The notes beneath the pieces are model-generated. The model did not search any database. It saw nothing but the letters and a program-made list of their open reading frames with translations, and was not told where the DNA came from. Shown here in pieces: positions 38,586 to 50,509 of a DNA stretch of 64,000 nucleotides. Every line of letters starts with the position of its first letter. Positions within the stretch are counted from its first letter, which is position 1. The DNA comes from Marsupella aquatica (taxonomy: Eukaryota > Plantae > Marchantiophyta). The translations under genes and the position numbers were made by a program. The stretch lies in NCBI GenBank assembly GCA_973895155.1, contig OZ316893.1:17018645-17082644 (forward strand), read 5' to 3'.

Positions 38586-41534
38586 TTCTCGACCGTCTCC
38601 AAAAGGTTGACATAGTGACTACCAAAGGACGGTCATCGGTGGACACCCGTAACATGCGAGCTTCAATGGGCAGAGGACCGTTGAGTAAACAGTCAAATTG
38701 CGACACGATTATTTTGAAACAGACCCGACTTAATTACGTAATGACAATATACGGATGGCGACAGGATGGCGACAGAACGCATGAACGATATTATGATGTA
38801 AAGGTTCGTGGAAAACTGTGCACATTTGGGGAGCGCCCGCCGCTACTAAACGAAGAGACCAATTTAAAACCTTTTATATAAGAAATACATGTACCTCGAT
38901 AACACCGCCCGGCGCTACTGAAGACAACAAGTGGTTTTTAGAATTTTATTATGAGCATATGAAATGAAATACATGTCTTTTCATAACAGCGCCCGACGCT
39001 AGTAAAAGCTGGAAAAGAAAAATACATCAATTATCGGTTTCTGATTCAGATTCCGATCCAGAGCTCTGTGATCTGTCGGTAGAGACTGCTTCGTCATCGA
39101 CATACTTGCTCTTAGAAAAGTCATCTATATACGGGTTTCTAACAAACTTTCTGTCAACTCCTCTTCGAAGGCGGAGACCTTTGTTTTCCCAGCATAGAGT
39201 CCTTTGACTATCCTCCTTCCTCGCAGCGTTCTCAGCGTAAGACGGCAAAACAAATGGTTTCTCCGGTGTATCCATTTCAAAACGTGAAACTTTTCTTCTG
39301 AGTTGGAAGCGCTTTCTGGTATTCCATTCGGACCTGGGTAGATAACCAAGTAAGACAACCAATTGAAAGATACAATGAATAGCAAAAAATGCATGAAGGA
39401 GCTGGAAAAGAGAAAGAAGCTTACGAGTTTCAGAACATTACTCGGAAGAGTCATCTCTATCACTCTCGCCAGCAGATTGCTCCTTACCCCCCCTGAGTTG
39501 TCTCCCCGTCCACTTCATCTGCTGTCCCCCCACTTGACTCATCATCGGAGTCAAAATTAAGTACAGACCGGAGCTTGTCCCTCTTTTTCTTTTCCGGTGG
39601 TTGAATTGGGGGAGGCAAGGTTTCTACTTCCTTAGAAGAGAGTAGATTTAAGAACACCTTGGAAACCAGTTTCAACGAAATCCTTCCGATTCTCCAGTCC
39701 AATTACAAACCTCCCAGAATAGTCTCCGGCTACAAAAGAGCTACCCGAACCAACTGTCCAATCTATGAAAATGTCCCGAGGCCGAGTGATGAGCTCTATC
39801 ACAGACTGCATGAATCCAACCAACAAACGGGCATTCCCTGCGAATTCCATCTCAGGTGTTGGATCTATATTGAGAGTGGGAAGCCCAATTAAATTAGTGA
39901 TGGAGGGATCTTCTGTAACAGATAGAGGTCTAAACCTCGAGTCCTTGGGTACTTTCCCTTTATGAGATACTCGGCAAAAGACGTCTAGCCTGAGTGTGAA
40001 TATCTGCGAGATAAACCAAGAATGATATGTCATTCCATGCATTCTTGAGTGTTAAAAATAGAGATCACGACTTGGAATTTACCTATCGGTCAGTCTTTGG
40101 AGCGTACATAGGAACTGACATAACAACATTGTGTGTTGAGATGCAATGAAACTTCTTCGATTCCTGACATGCGGATATAACCTAAGACATAGGATCGTAC
40201 TCCCCATTATGCAAAACTGCTAGCATTCCGTCATCTGATAAAAATGGGTCCATTCCACGAAAGAACGATGTTGCCAGTCTGTGGTCGGGGGTATTCCATT
40301 TCGGGACTTTTCTATCTAGCAGCAATGGTTTCAGACCAGTAGGAAGGTAAATGAATCCTGCGTGTACTCCAAATGATCTTTCCTTCCCCCCACGGACAAT
40401 TCCCTTGTCTCGATATCCCGACTTCATGAGGTCCTTTGCCCATTTCTCTACACCATTTACCCAGTCAGGCTTCTCCTCTTTGTTGAACGTTGTATCATAG
40501 AATTCAGAGATGCTAGACTCAACCATGCAATGCCTTGAAAGAGTGTTTTTGAAGTCACCAACTTCTCGTTGAACACCTGTTGCAGCCGCACTTTCCCGAG
40601 CGGAGGATGATCCACCTTCAATTGCCCTTTTTTGCTTCTTTCTAGTACTAACTGCATCTACTGGAGCAATTGACTTCCCTTTCTCGACGGGTGTAAGTGG
40701 GTCAGATGGAGGCCCTGTATTGGCTTCAGATGCCTTTGGGGTGGCATCTATCTTTGTATCGCCGCTGCCTATGGCGTCTGACTTTCTTCCTGCTCAAATG
40801 GAAGGCGATGTTAGATTTTGAGCGGATGGAAAACGCAAAGTATACTAACAAATGAGATAAATGAAATCTAACATATATTGAATGGCATAGCAGCGCCAGG
40901 CGCTAACCAAAGAACTACAAATTATACTTACGTTTTTTCCCGGACCTTGTTGATTCACTTGGGACAGCAGTATCAGCTGTTGAGCATAGACGACGATCGC
41001 AACGGCAAGCCCATGAACCATCCAACGCACAATAGTCGACACAAGAGATACGTGGTTCACCTCCTTGAGGCTACGTCCACGGGAACACACAAGAGAGCTT
41101 TACTGAACTCTAAGCCCGTCGGCTATACTGAGTCTCCACAGTGTAAGCTCTCCCTATCTCTCAAGTGGCTCCATAACAATGAGCCTTGGTTCTACCTCTC
41201 CAAGCACACATGCCTCTTATGATATAGTGTGCAACTTAGTTGTACCTAACCACATAGTTGTACCTAACCACGTAGTTGTACCAACCCACGTTGTTGTACC
41301 AACCACGTCATACCTAACCTAGACGTAAGAGTAAATACCCAACAATCTTCCCCTTGACTCTGGTCTAGGGGAGAGTAATACTGCCAATGTATATGATCCC
41401 TCAGCGGGAAGTTCTGGACAAAAACCAAACCGGTTTCCCTCTCTAACTAGAGCAAACCAGAACTAAGTCGTAGCCTAATACATAGGAATGAGGAAGAACA
41501 TATATCAGTAATTACAATGAATGTTAAGAAAACT

Positions 41535-44500
41535 CTACTTGTGATACAATTGCAAAACCTGCAATACGTCACGGTGTCTAGAGAAACTCTCCAAAGGAAT
41601 CACTTTGGTAAATGCGTCAGCCGGGTTGAGTTTACCATCAATCTTGACTAGCTCAAACAAATTATCAGACACAGCCTGCCTGATAAAATGGTACCTGACG
41701 TCAATGTGTTTCACTCTGCTGTCCATCACCTGGTTCACAGCAAGGTGGAGCGCACTTTGACTATCACAATGGAGCTTCACATTCTCCTGTGACAATCCCA
41801 TTTCAGTGATAAGTCTATCCAACCAAATCGCTTCCTTTGCTGCTTCCGCAGCTGCAACATACTCCGCTTCTGTAGTAGACTGAGCAATACACTTCTGCAA
41901 AGTAGACCTCCAACTTATGCATCCACCGCCAAGTGTAAACACGTATCCTGTTGTTGATCTCCTTTGGTCCAAATCTTGTCCATAGTTAGAATCAACATAG
42001 CCAATCAATGATTTAGCATTCTTTGCATTCGCATCAAATAAAAGACCATGATCCACGGTACCCTTCAAGTACCTGATAATCCACTTCACTGCTTCCCAGT
42101 GTACCTTCCCTGGATTCGACATGTACCTGCTCACCTTGCCCATAGCCATGGCAAGATCAGGTCTAGTGCAAGTCATCAAATACATGAGACTCCCCACTGC
42201 CTTGTCATACGGAACCTTTGACATCAACCCCTTCTCTGTGTCATCTGTAGGACAGAACGCTGATGATAACTTGAAGTGTGGAGCCAACGGGGTACTTACT
42301 GGCTTGCTATTCCCCATGTTGAACCTTGCAATTACCTTCCTCGCATAACTGCTCTGCGTCAACCATAGCTTGCCAACCTCCAAGTCCCTAGTGATCTCCA
42401 TACCCAAAATCCTCTTAGCTGGCCCTAAGTCCTTCATCTTAAACTCTGCACTAAGCAGTGCCTTGAGCTTAACAATCTCAGACCTATCATTGGCTGCAAT
42501 TAGCATATCATCCACATAAAGTACTAAAACAATGAACCCAAAGACAACATTCTTTACCGGTTTCAAATACACACAAGGGTCAAATACACTTCTGTGAAAA
42601 CCTTGTGACCGAATCCAATCGTCAAACCGCTTGTTCCACTGTCTTGGTGACTGCTTCAACCCATACAAGGATTTCAGCAATCTGCAAACCAATTCCTCCT
42701 GTCCTCTCTTCACAAAACCTAGCTGTTGTCTCATGAAGATCACCTCTTCCAATGTACCATAGAGGAAAGCTGTGACAACATCCATCTGATCTAGCAGCAG
42801 ACCAAATATTACAACAAGTACACACAATAGTCGAATTGTAGAGTACTTAGCAACTGGTGAGAAGACCTCATTGTAATCCACACCTTTCTCTTGTGTGAAT
42901 CCCTTTGCTACCAACCTAGCCTTGTAGACTTTCGATCCACCTCCTATGGAATTATCCTTCAGCTTGTAAATCCACTTGCTGTCCACCACTTGCTGACCCT
43001 TAGACAGCTTAACAAGCTCCCAAGTTTTGTTGTCCTTTAGTGACTGCATCTCCGTTTGCATTGCTGCAGTCCACTTCTGCTTCTCCTTTGAAGCACTTGC
43101 CTCATGAAATGAAGAAGGTTCTCTTTCTTCCAAAATTAACGCATCACCCTCATCATCAACTGTAAAATCATCCTCTTGCAGTTGAGATGAATCAACCCAC
43201 TGTCCATACCTTGGTGGAGCGCGTACAGTGCGACCAGATGTTCTTCTAGCCGATGACTCCGGTTGATCTGCGTGTGCTGGTACAATTTGAAGCTCAACAG
43301 CATCCACTTGCTGCTCACCAGCATCAACAAACTCCTCTGGTTCCTCTGGCACAGGAACCAACTCCATAATTGGAGCAACTCCTTCTCTCCGGTCATGCAC
43401 CTCATAACCAATCTCCCCCTCAACGAGATCCGGGATAGGAGATTTTCCTTTGTCAGTACGGGAGACCTGAGTATTCTCCCCCTCCTTCAATAATCTGGAT
43501 TCATTGAAGGAAACATCCCTACTGACAACGAGCTTACAGGCAATAGGATCCCATAGCCTATAGGCTTTCACACCACTTTGGTACCCAAGAAAAACACATT
43601 TCTTGGAGGTAGGATCCAACTTGGTCCTATTCTGCTTTGGTGTGAGAACATATGCATCACTTCCAAAAACTACCAAGCCATGATAGTATGCTTGTCGCTT
43701 ATAGCGTATCTCAAATGGCGTTTTGAAATTGATAGCACTAGAAGGAGAAAGATTTACCAAATAAGCTGCGGTATTGACAGCTTCTGCCCAAAATTCTTGT
43801 GGTAAACCTGATTGGCTCAACATACTCCATGACCGCTCCAACAGTGTCCGATTGAGCCTCTCAGCGACACCATTCTGCTGCGGAGTATAAACTATGGTGA
43901 GATGGCGAGTTATCCCCTATTCTGAACAGTACTCTTCAAATTCCATTGAAGTGTACTCCCCGCCGTTGTCTGACCTTAGACTCTTCACCCTTGTATCCAA
44001 ACACTTGATCGTGTTTTCAGTTTGATTCTCCACCTGGGCCTTCCACTTCTTAAAAATGGACAAGACATCAGACTTATTCGTCATAAAATAAATCCACACA
44101 AATCTTGAGTAATCATCAATAAATGATACATAGTACAACTTTCCAGAGTGTGAGGGAGTCGGGGATGGACCCCACACGTCACTATGTATGTACTCAAGAA
44201 CCGCTTTGGAACGATGAGTTCCAACACCAAAAGCACGACGATGCTGCTTTCCAAGAATGCAATGCTCACAAAACTCTAATTTACAAGATTGCAAATCAGA
44301 AATGAGTCCATTCTTCCGTAAGATAGCCAAACCCTTCTCACTCATGTGGCCTAGCCGTGAATGCCACAGTTGAGTCATCTCCTCGTGAGACTTGGTTACA
44401 TTGGCCTCTCCACATACAGTATTGCCCTGTAACACATACAATTTTTTTTGTCTACTCCCCTTCAAAATCACTATCTCTCCCGACCTGACTTGAAGTTCAC

Positions 44501-45749
44501 CATCAATAACGCTCCATTGATGACCATTTGAATCCAACACACCGAGTGAAATCAAATTCTTACGCATGCCAGGTACATACCTGACTCCGGACACTGTGCG
44601 CACAGCGCCATCAAACATTTGAATCTTCACAGATCCAATTCCCTCAATTTGACAAGAGTGATCATTTCCCATCAGAACTGAACCGTTTGAAATAGAGTAA
44701 GAACTGAAAAACTCACGAATGTAACAAATATGAAAAGAGCAAGCACAATCAAGAATCCACACATCATCTGCTTTCCTAGATGACGTGCACAGGGCATACC
44801 CCCGGCTTCATAAAACATACTCATCATTGAGTAAATCAGCTTCTCCATCAGCCCTAGCCACATTTGCCGATGAAGTTTCCGCTGCCTTTCCCTTACAGTC
44901 TCGCTTGAAGTGTCCAACTTGGTTGCACTTCCAACATGTCACCTGCCTCCTCTGAGGGGATTTACCCTTGGACTTAGATCTGGATTTAGATCTAAACTGG
45001 GTTCTACGGTCCCCAGTTGGTCGCTGCATACTCCTCCCACGGTTAACATTGAGGGCAACACCAGATGATGAAGGCTGTGACGTGATGTGCATCTTCTGCT
45101 GAAGATCATCACTAAGCAGAGAACTTACCACGTCATTGTATGAAATGGTATCCCTATCACGATGCAACAACACTCGTGATAGGGACTGGTAAGATGGAGG
45201 CAATGAACTAAGAAGCTGCAGAGCCTTCGTCTCATCATTCAAAGTCTCCCCAAGGTTTTCCAAGTCAACGACCATGTCGTTGAAAGCATCCACATGGTCT
45301 TGCAACTTCGTACCGGATTCCTTCATCCTGAAACTCATCAGTTTGTAGGAAGTGTAGAGCCGGTTCGACAACTCCTTGCGGTGATACTTGCTCTGCAATT
45401 CCGCAAACAAGGACATGCAATCCTTATGTGCACCCAAATGCTTGATGATGGGAGGCATGAGATAGAGTGTAACACACCACACTCCCTGCTCCTGCATGCG
45501 GTCCCATTGTTTCTCATCAACATCGTCTTCACGAGGGCTCAGCAGTTGGCCCATCCCTGACGCATAGAGCACTCCCTTCACCTGCTTCTCCCATAGCAAG
45601 TAGTCAGAGCGCCCATCATACTTTGTCACTTCATACTTGGGTCCCCCAAGCTTGAAAGTCCCCATCTTCTTCTTTGGCACTACCGTGAGCTCCGGTAGTA
45701 GTACTGCTTCCTCCACCACACGCCGCACCGGTGATGGTATCGGTGTCAC
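41535..45749 (-). pseudogene. Copia gag-pol polyprotein with two in-frame stops
   Basis: Gag with CWKCNQVGHFKRDC, protease WILDCACSFH, integrase LWHSRLGH..HSDVWGP..RSDNGGEY, RT YKARLVAKG..LYVDDML, RNase H NPADAFTK. The three ORFs share one frame, with stops at 44808 and 43917. Confidence 0.95.
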
Positions 45750-47257
45750 GTGCTCTTCCTACTGCTCCTCTCTCTGCCCCTGAAACCTTCGCGGTGATCC
45801 TCGTGCTTCAAGTTCCACGTCTTCGAAAAACTCCTCCGAATCACTCATATAAGAAAATCACAAAAAATGTTGTTTTTCACAACTTCTCAAAAAACTCAAA
45901 ACTCAACACCGCCGCGTAGCCCACAAAGCTAGGAGTCCAATACTGAAAACCGAACTCAAAATCAAAATTTGACGGAAAAGTTATTCAATTTTCGGTCGAG
46001 GTGGGTAAAACCTTGGGAAACTCCCCCGTTTTGACCACCTCAGGGAATAACCGAAATACCAAGTACAACCCGTTGTCGGAATTGCGATGTGATTGGTGCG
46101 CCGCGTTGCCAACTTCAATGGCTACGACCTCGCCGAAAAATAACCAAAAAAAGTTACCGTTCGGCGGATGAAATCTTTGTCGGACGGTCAAAAAATAGCT
46201 CTCTGGTTTTTTGGAATATTCTATGACCCTTGTACAGGCCCTGTGGGAATTTTGGAAGAACAATCGAGGGGCTGACACGTGTCCTCGAACCCCCAAAACC
46301 CCCTACCACCCTTCGTCGTCGAAATCTGGTCGCGCGCGCAGAAAATACACACGGCAGAATGTACCCCTCGACACCAAACGCAAGATATCTCACTCGGGTT
46401 TTGACGAAATCAAGATCAGATTTGGAAACTAGACTCCGAGGCGGTGAAGATCGATATAAGAAGCACCCAAAACGAGGAAAGAACGAGGGAGAAAAAAATT
46501 GGTAAAGATGACAGATTTCTCTCAATTGCCATAGCCAATTTCGAATCAGTTTTTCAAAGAGAAAAAAATGGTACCTTGTCAACAACGAATGTTGATCAAT
46601 TGCACTTGGTACCGTCACCAAGTCCAACAAGGTAATTGATTTTGCTTAGCCTTCCTCTTTGCATCAAAGAGCCAATCCCGGACTCAAAACAATCGTCTTG
46701 CCTCAATCTCTTCGTTGAGTCAAAACACTTGACGCTTCTCCCTCCGAGTCGATTGCCAACTTTCTTCACAAAATCCAGAACGATGAAAACTTAGATCTCT
46801 CTGCACCACGAGCTCAGTTCAACGATTTCTTCACACCGTTAGAAAGCTCTTGCCCTGATCTATCCGTTGAGCCCATAAACTCCAAGTTCCATGCGACGGA
46901 ACTCTGGGAAATCCACCGACACTCAACGCTGGAAAAAACCGTCATGAAATCCCGTCACGAACACACGTCACCTCCCAAGCATGCTCTGATACCAATTGTT
47001 GAGCATAGATGACGATCGCAACGGCAAGCCCATGAACCATCCAATGCACAATAGTCGACACAAGAGATACGTGGTTCACCTCCTTGAGGCTACGTCCATG
47101 GGAACACACAAGAGAGCTTTACTGAACTCTAAGCCCGTTGGCTATACCGAGTCTCCACAGTGTAAGCTCTCCCTATCTCTCAAGTGGCTCCATAACAATG
47201 AGCCTTGGTTCTACCTCTCCAAGCACACATGCCTCTTATGATATAGTGTGCAACTTA

Positions 47258-47417
47258 GTTGTACCTAACCACATAGTTGTACCTAATCACGTAGTTGTAC
47301 CTAACCACATAGTTGTACCTAATCACGTAGTTGTACCTAACCACATAGTTGTACCTAATCACGTAGTTGTACCTAACCACGTAGTTGTACCAACCCACGT
47401 TGTTGTACCAACCACGT
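47258..47417. repeat. 18-bp tandem repeat in the Copia 5' LTR (9 units, versus 4 in the 3' LTR)
   Basis: gttgtacctaa(c/t)cac(a/g)ta units; the 90-bp LTR length difference equals 5 units. Confidence 0.9.
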
Positions 47418-49887
47418 CATACCTAACCTAGACGTAAGAGTAAATACCCAACATCAGCTTTCCCTTTTGCGCGAGGCTTCCGGCTTCGGTCAACGTGAAC
47501 AACTGTGGTCTCACAGTTCATTTGCAATTCTGTTGTGGACTTATCTACATTGTCCGCTAGTCCCTGCTTCAGTCCGCTAGTCCCTGCTTCATGTCAGAAA
47601 CAATATTGACTGGTATCTGGGACTTAGAGAGCTTGTGGAAAGCATCCTTTTCTCGGTGATCAAAGGGCGAGTCCCATCTGTCTGTATCTAGGTACCATGG
47701 ACAGTGGGTTCTCTCCCATTCACTTAAAGGTCTCGCTGGGAAAATTCCCTGCGCGTGGTACATAGAGTACAAATCCGATAAATTGTCGCCTTCTGATATT
47801 ACTGTCCACTTCTGAAAGGCGGCGGGATATGCCCAGAAGTAATCAGGTCTAGTTACTTCCATGTGGATGTAAAATCGGTAGAGGTACCTTTTTGCTCAAT
47901 TCTGGTTCTTGAAAGAGTAGTCCTCTTTGTCCGGATACTTCGAGGGCCACATTGTATTAAAAAACTTACTCTTCACCGAGTCTCCGTATCTCTTGAAATC
48001 ATTCGTAACTATATCAATGAGAGCTTTGAAAGATTCACATGCCCAGTCTTGCAAGCGATTCTCGGGAATGGTTTGTTGGACCTCCCGCAAAGCACACTGT
48101 AACATCCCCACTGCAATCCCCTCTACATTGTTCCACGTAATCCAGGTATGACACCACTCTTTTACTGGATCATCATTCACGGTGTTCGGATGGAAGAATT
48201 GCCTTCGGAGCTCAGGATTGCAATGGGCGACAAGCAAAGTACTCCTGAGCTTGGGGTCGAGTGCGGAAACAGCAGTAAAAAGCCTGGCTTGGTCCATCGT
48301 ACACAAGACGGTATCAGGTTTCTTCTCTCGCTTATTTCTCTCCGTCACAGCATACATTTCTGCGCACGTAGATAGAAAGTCCTCAAATTCAGGACTCAAC
48401 AAAGGAGTGATTTTTGATGTTTTCACTGCCCAGTCCTTGGTGGCCTCCTTCATCATTACGGCATGCCTTGTGGAAACCTCCTTGGCCGACCAAGGGGTAC
48501 CTAGGGCCGCAGCGGACTCCATGTCAAGCTTGAACTGGTTAGAATATGATTTAATTTTATTCTCACATAGAATATAGACAAGAGCCTCTTGAGGCATCTT
48601 CTTCGTGTACCAGGATCCTTTCCGCGTCTTCAGCCTGATCTGCTCAAACTTCTTATAATTGGCAGGGTCGATGAATCAAAATCCTCTTGATTCGATCTGC
48701 GTCAAGGATCCATGACGGTTCGACCACGGCTTGTCCAAGCCTGAAGGAAAACAAAGGAATTAGAAAAACATTTAAGCAGCGACGGGCGCTAGTAAAACAA
48801 TTCCTCTTAGAGATATGCTATAAAGATAAACTTACTGGTTCACGGTGTGCATCGCCGCTTCAATTTCAATCAGTGAACCCTTGTCCCCATTGAAGACAGT
48901 ATAGAGCACTCACCGGTGGTATTTTGGGTTTTCTGGATTCTCCTTAGTGACAAGCATCCAGGAGTACAACCGATGGTTCCCGTCAAAAACTAAGAACATC
49001 TTATCCTTCAGAACAAGAAAATCGGGGTCTGCCGCACATTCTTCCTCGAACTTTTTGTTTTCGGATATCCATATTGGATCCCAAGTATCACGAATTTCCT
49101 GTGTGCAAGTGAGCGTCACTCCCTCAGCGTCCGCCGGCTGAACATAAAACCTCATTCCTATCGACGAATTGTATCCCATACTACGAAAAGAGTCTTTCAA
49201 CTTGTCAATGGAGGAGCTATCTTTCTGGATAGTGCGGACGACCTCCATGTGCACCAACTGACACAGCAGAATCCTAGGAGGCTCCTTGTTAAACCCTCAG
49301 AAATCCTTCCCAAAGAACATGACATGTTTTGAAATAAGGTTGGTCTCCGAGAACGAGACATCTCCGATTGCAAATGTGTCAACATTCTCCATCTTTTTTT
49401 GCGTCGGCTTTGGAAACGAATTACTTGATACGGGAATAAGCGATGCGCTTGACCTCGTCACTCGACGTGTATACACCGAACCTGAAAATGAAGACTCAGA
49501 AGACTCGCAATAGCCACGATCACGATCCCCCACAACACTATACCCCCTCGACGAGGAGGGGACTACATCCATCATCTCCCGCGATGAGTGTTGTACGAAC
49601 GGTCGTACACTACAATTCTCACGATCGAGTACTGAATCTCCGTACCAAATTAACAGTTGATGGAGTATTATACCCGATTGATCAGTGCTATCTCCCTCGA
49701 TGTAATCTATTTAAGAGACGTTACGATGAAATTGGGTATTACTTATCGTTAAAACAAAGCGACAATCTAAGAACTATGACAGATATTAATGTAGAATCCG
49801 CTAAACTGTTTTCGTGAAGATCACGCTAACCGTAGTTACCGTTAAATATTACCGTTGACCAGACTACTAAAACTTGGTAATGCAATG

Positions 49888-50278
49888 CTAGCGCCGGGCG
49901 CTAGTAAAATTTTAACCACATTGGTCATACAGTTTAATGTGTTCAATAGATAGCGCCCGACGCTACCCATTTCGTGGTCTATTAAAGGTTATGTTTTTGT
50001 CATAGTTTAGGCGATTTTTTTTGGAAATGAAGAACTTTAGGACGTAGGAAGTTAAATTTCGTTCACATTTGGTCCTTAAATATGGTGTACCAATACTAGC
50101 GCCCGACGCTAGTACATATATCCCTAAATGGTGCCTAAATTTGGATGATATTGCATGTTTAGATACAAAAAAGTAGACTTATTGGTGTCCACTATAATGC
50201 TAGCGCCCAGCGCTAGTCTGCTATGTGACTGGATTCTAACCTTATAAATCCTGGAATTTTTGGTAGCGCCAGGCGGTG
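49888..50278. promoter_or_regulatory. Cluster of 5 palindromes TAGCGCCNGGCGCTA between the divergent genes
   Basis: Copies at 49888, 49951, 50094, 50200 and 50264, in the roughly 930-bp gap between the starts at 49575 (-) and 50510 (+). The regulatory role is inferred. Confidence 0.55.
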
Positions 50279-50509
50279 CTGAAATCATGTGAATTATCTT
50301 GGCCTATATGTGTTCATTTTGACACAATAAATATCCCTAACACCCGCACTTACCGGGGCAAAAGGACAAACTCTACATTTATGATTTCAACGGACACAAT
50401 TCTATGTCGTATTCAAACAACTTTTATAACGGTCAGTCGTCTTCACGCATTAGTATAAGCATTCCATTTGGGAGGAATTTTCTTTGTTGATTCCTTCATT
50501 TTCTCCACA

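Larger units (their letters stand above)
40978..47453 (-). mobile_element. Full-length Ty1/Copia LTR retrotransposon
   Basis: LTRs 40978-41344 and 46997-47453 (TG..CA), TSD TCAGC, PBS tggtatcagagc (tRNA-iMet) at 46983-46994, PPT at 41345-41360. Confidence 0.97.
39027..49575 (-). pseudogene. Multi-exon ParB/Srx-like domain + amino (N4C/N6A) DNA methyltransferase-like gene, disrupted by Copia
   Basis: N-terminal KLKDSFRSMGY...FLVFDGNHRLYSW (about 48950-49200). C-terminal GFIYLPTG...FLSDDGMLAV (40200-40360) and FMQSVIELITRPRDIFIDWTVGSGSSFVAGDYSGRFVIGLE (39690-39815). Apparent GT-AG introns at about 48836-48742, 40931-40790 and 40082-40005. Several in-frame stops and frameshifts. Confidence 0.7.

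Noticed and set aside
47138-47431. ORF with (VVPNHI/V)n repeats, or a CRISPR-like array
   Set aside because: It is the 18-bp tandem repeat inside the Copia LTR, with no unique spacers and no cas genes.
39027-49575. Bacterial or phage contamination as the source of the ParB-MTase-like gene
   Set aside because: It has GT-AG introns, a plant Copia inserted with a TSD, and a second diverged fragment at 15040-15580.
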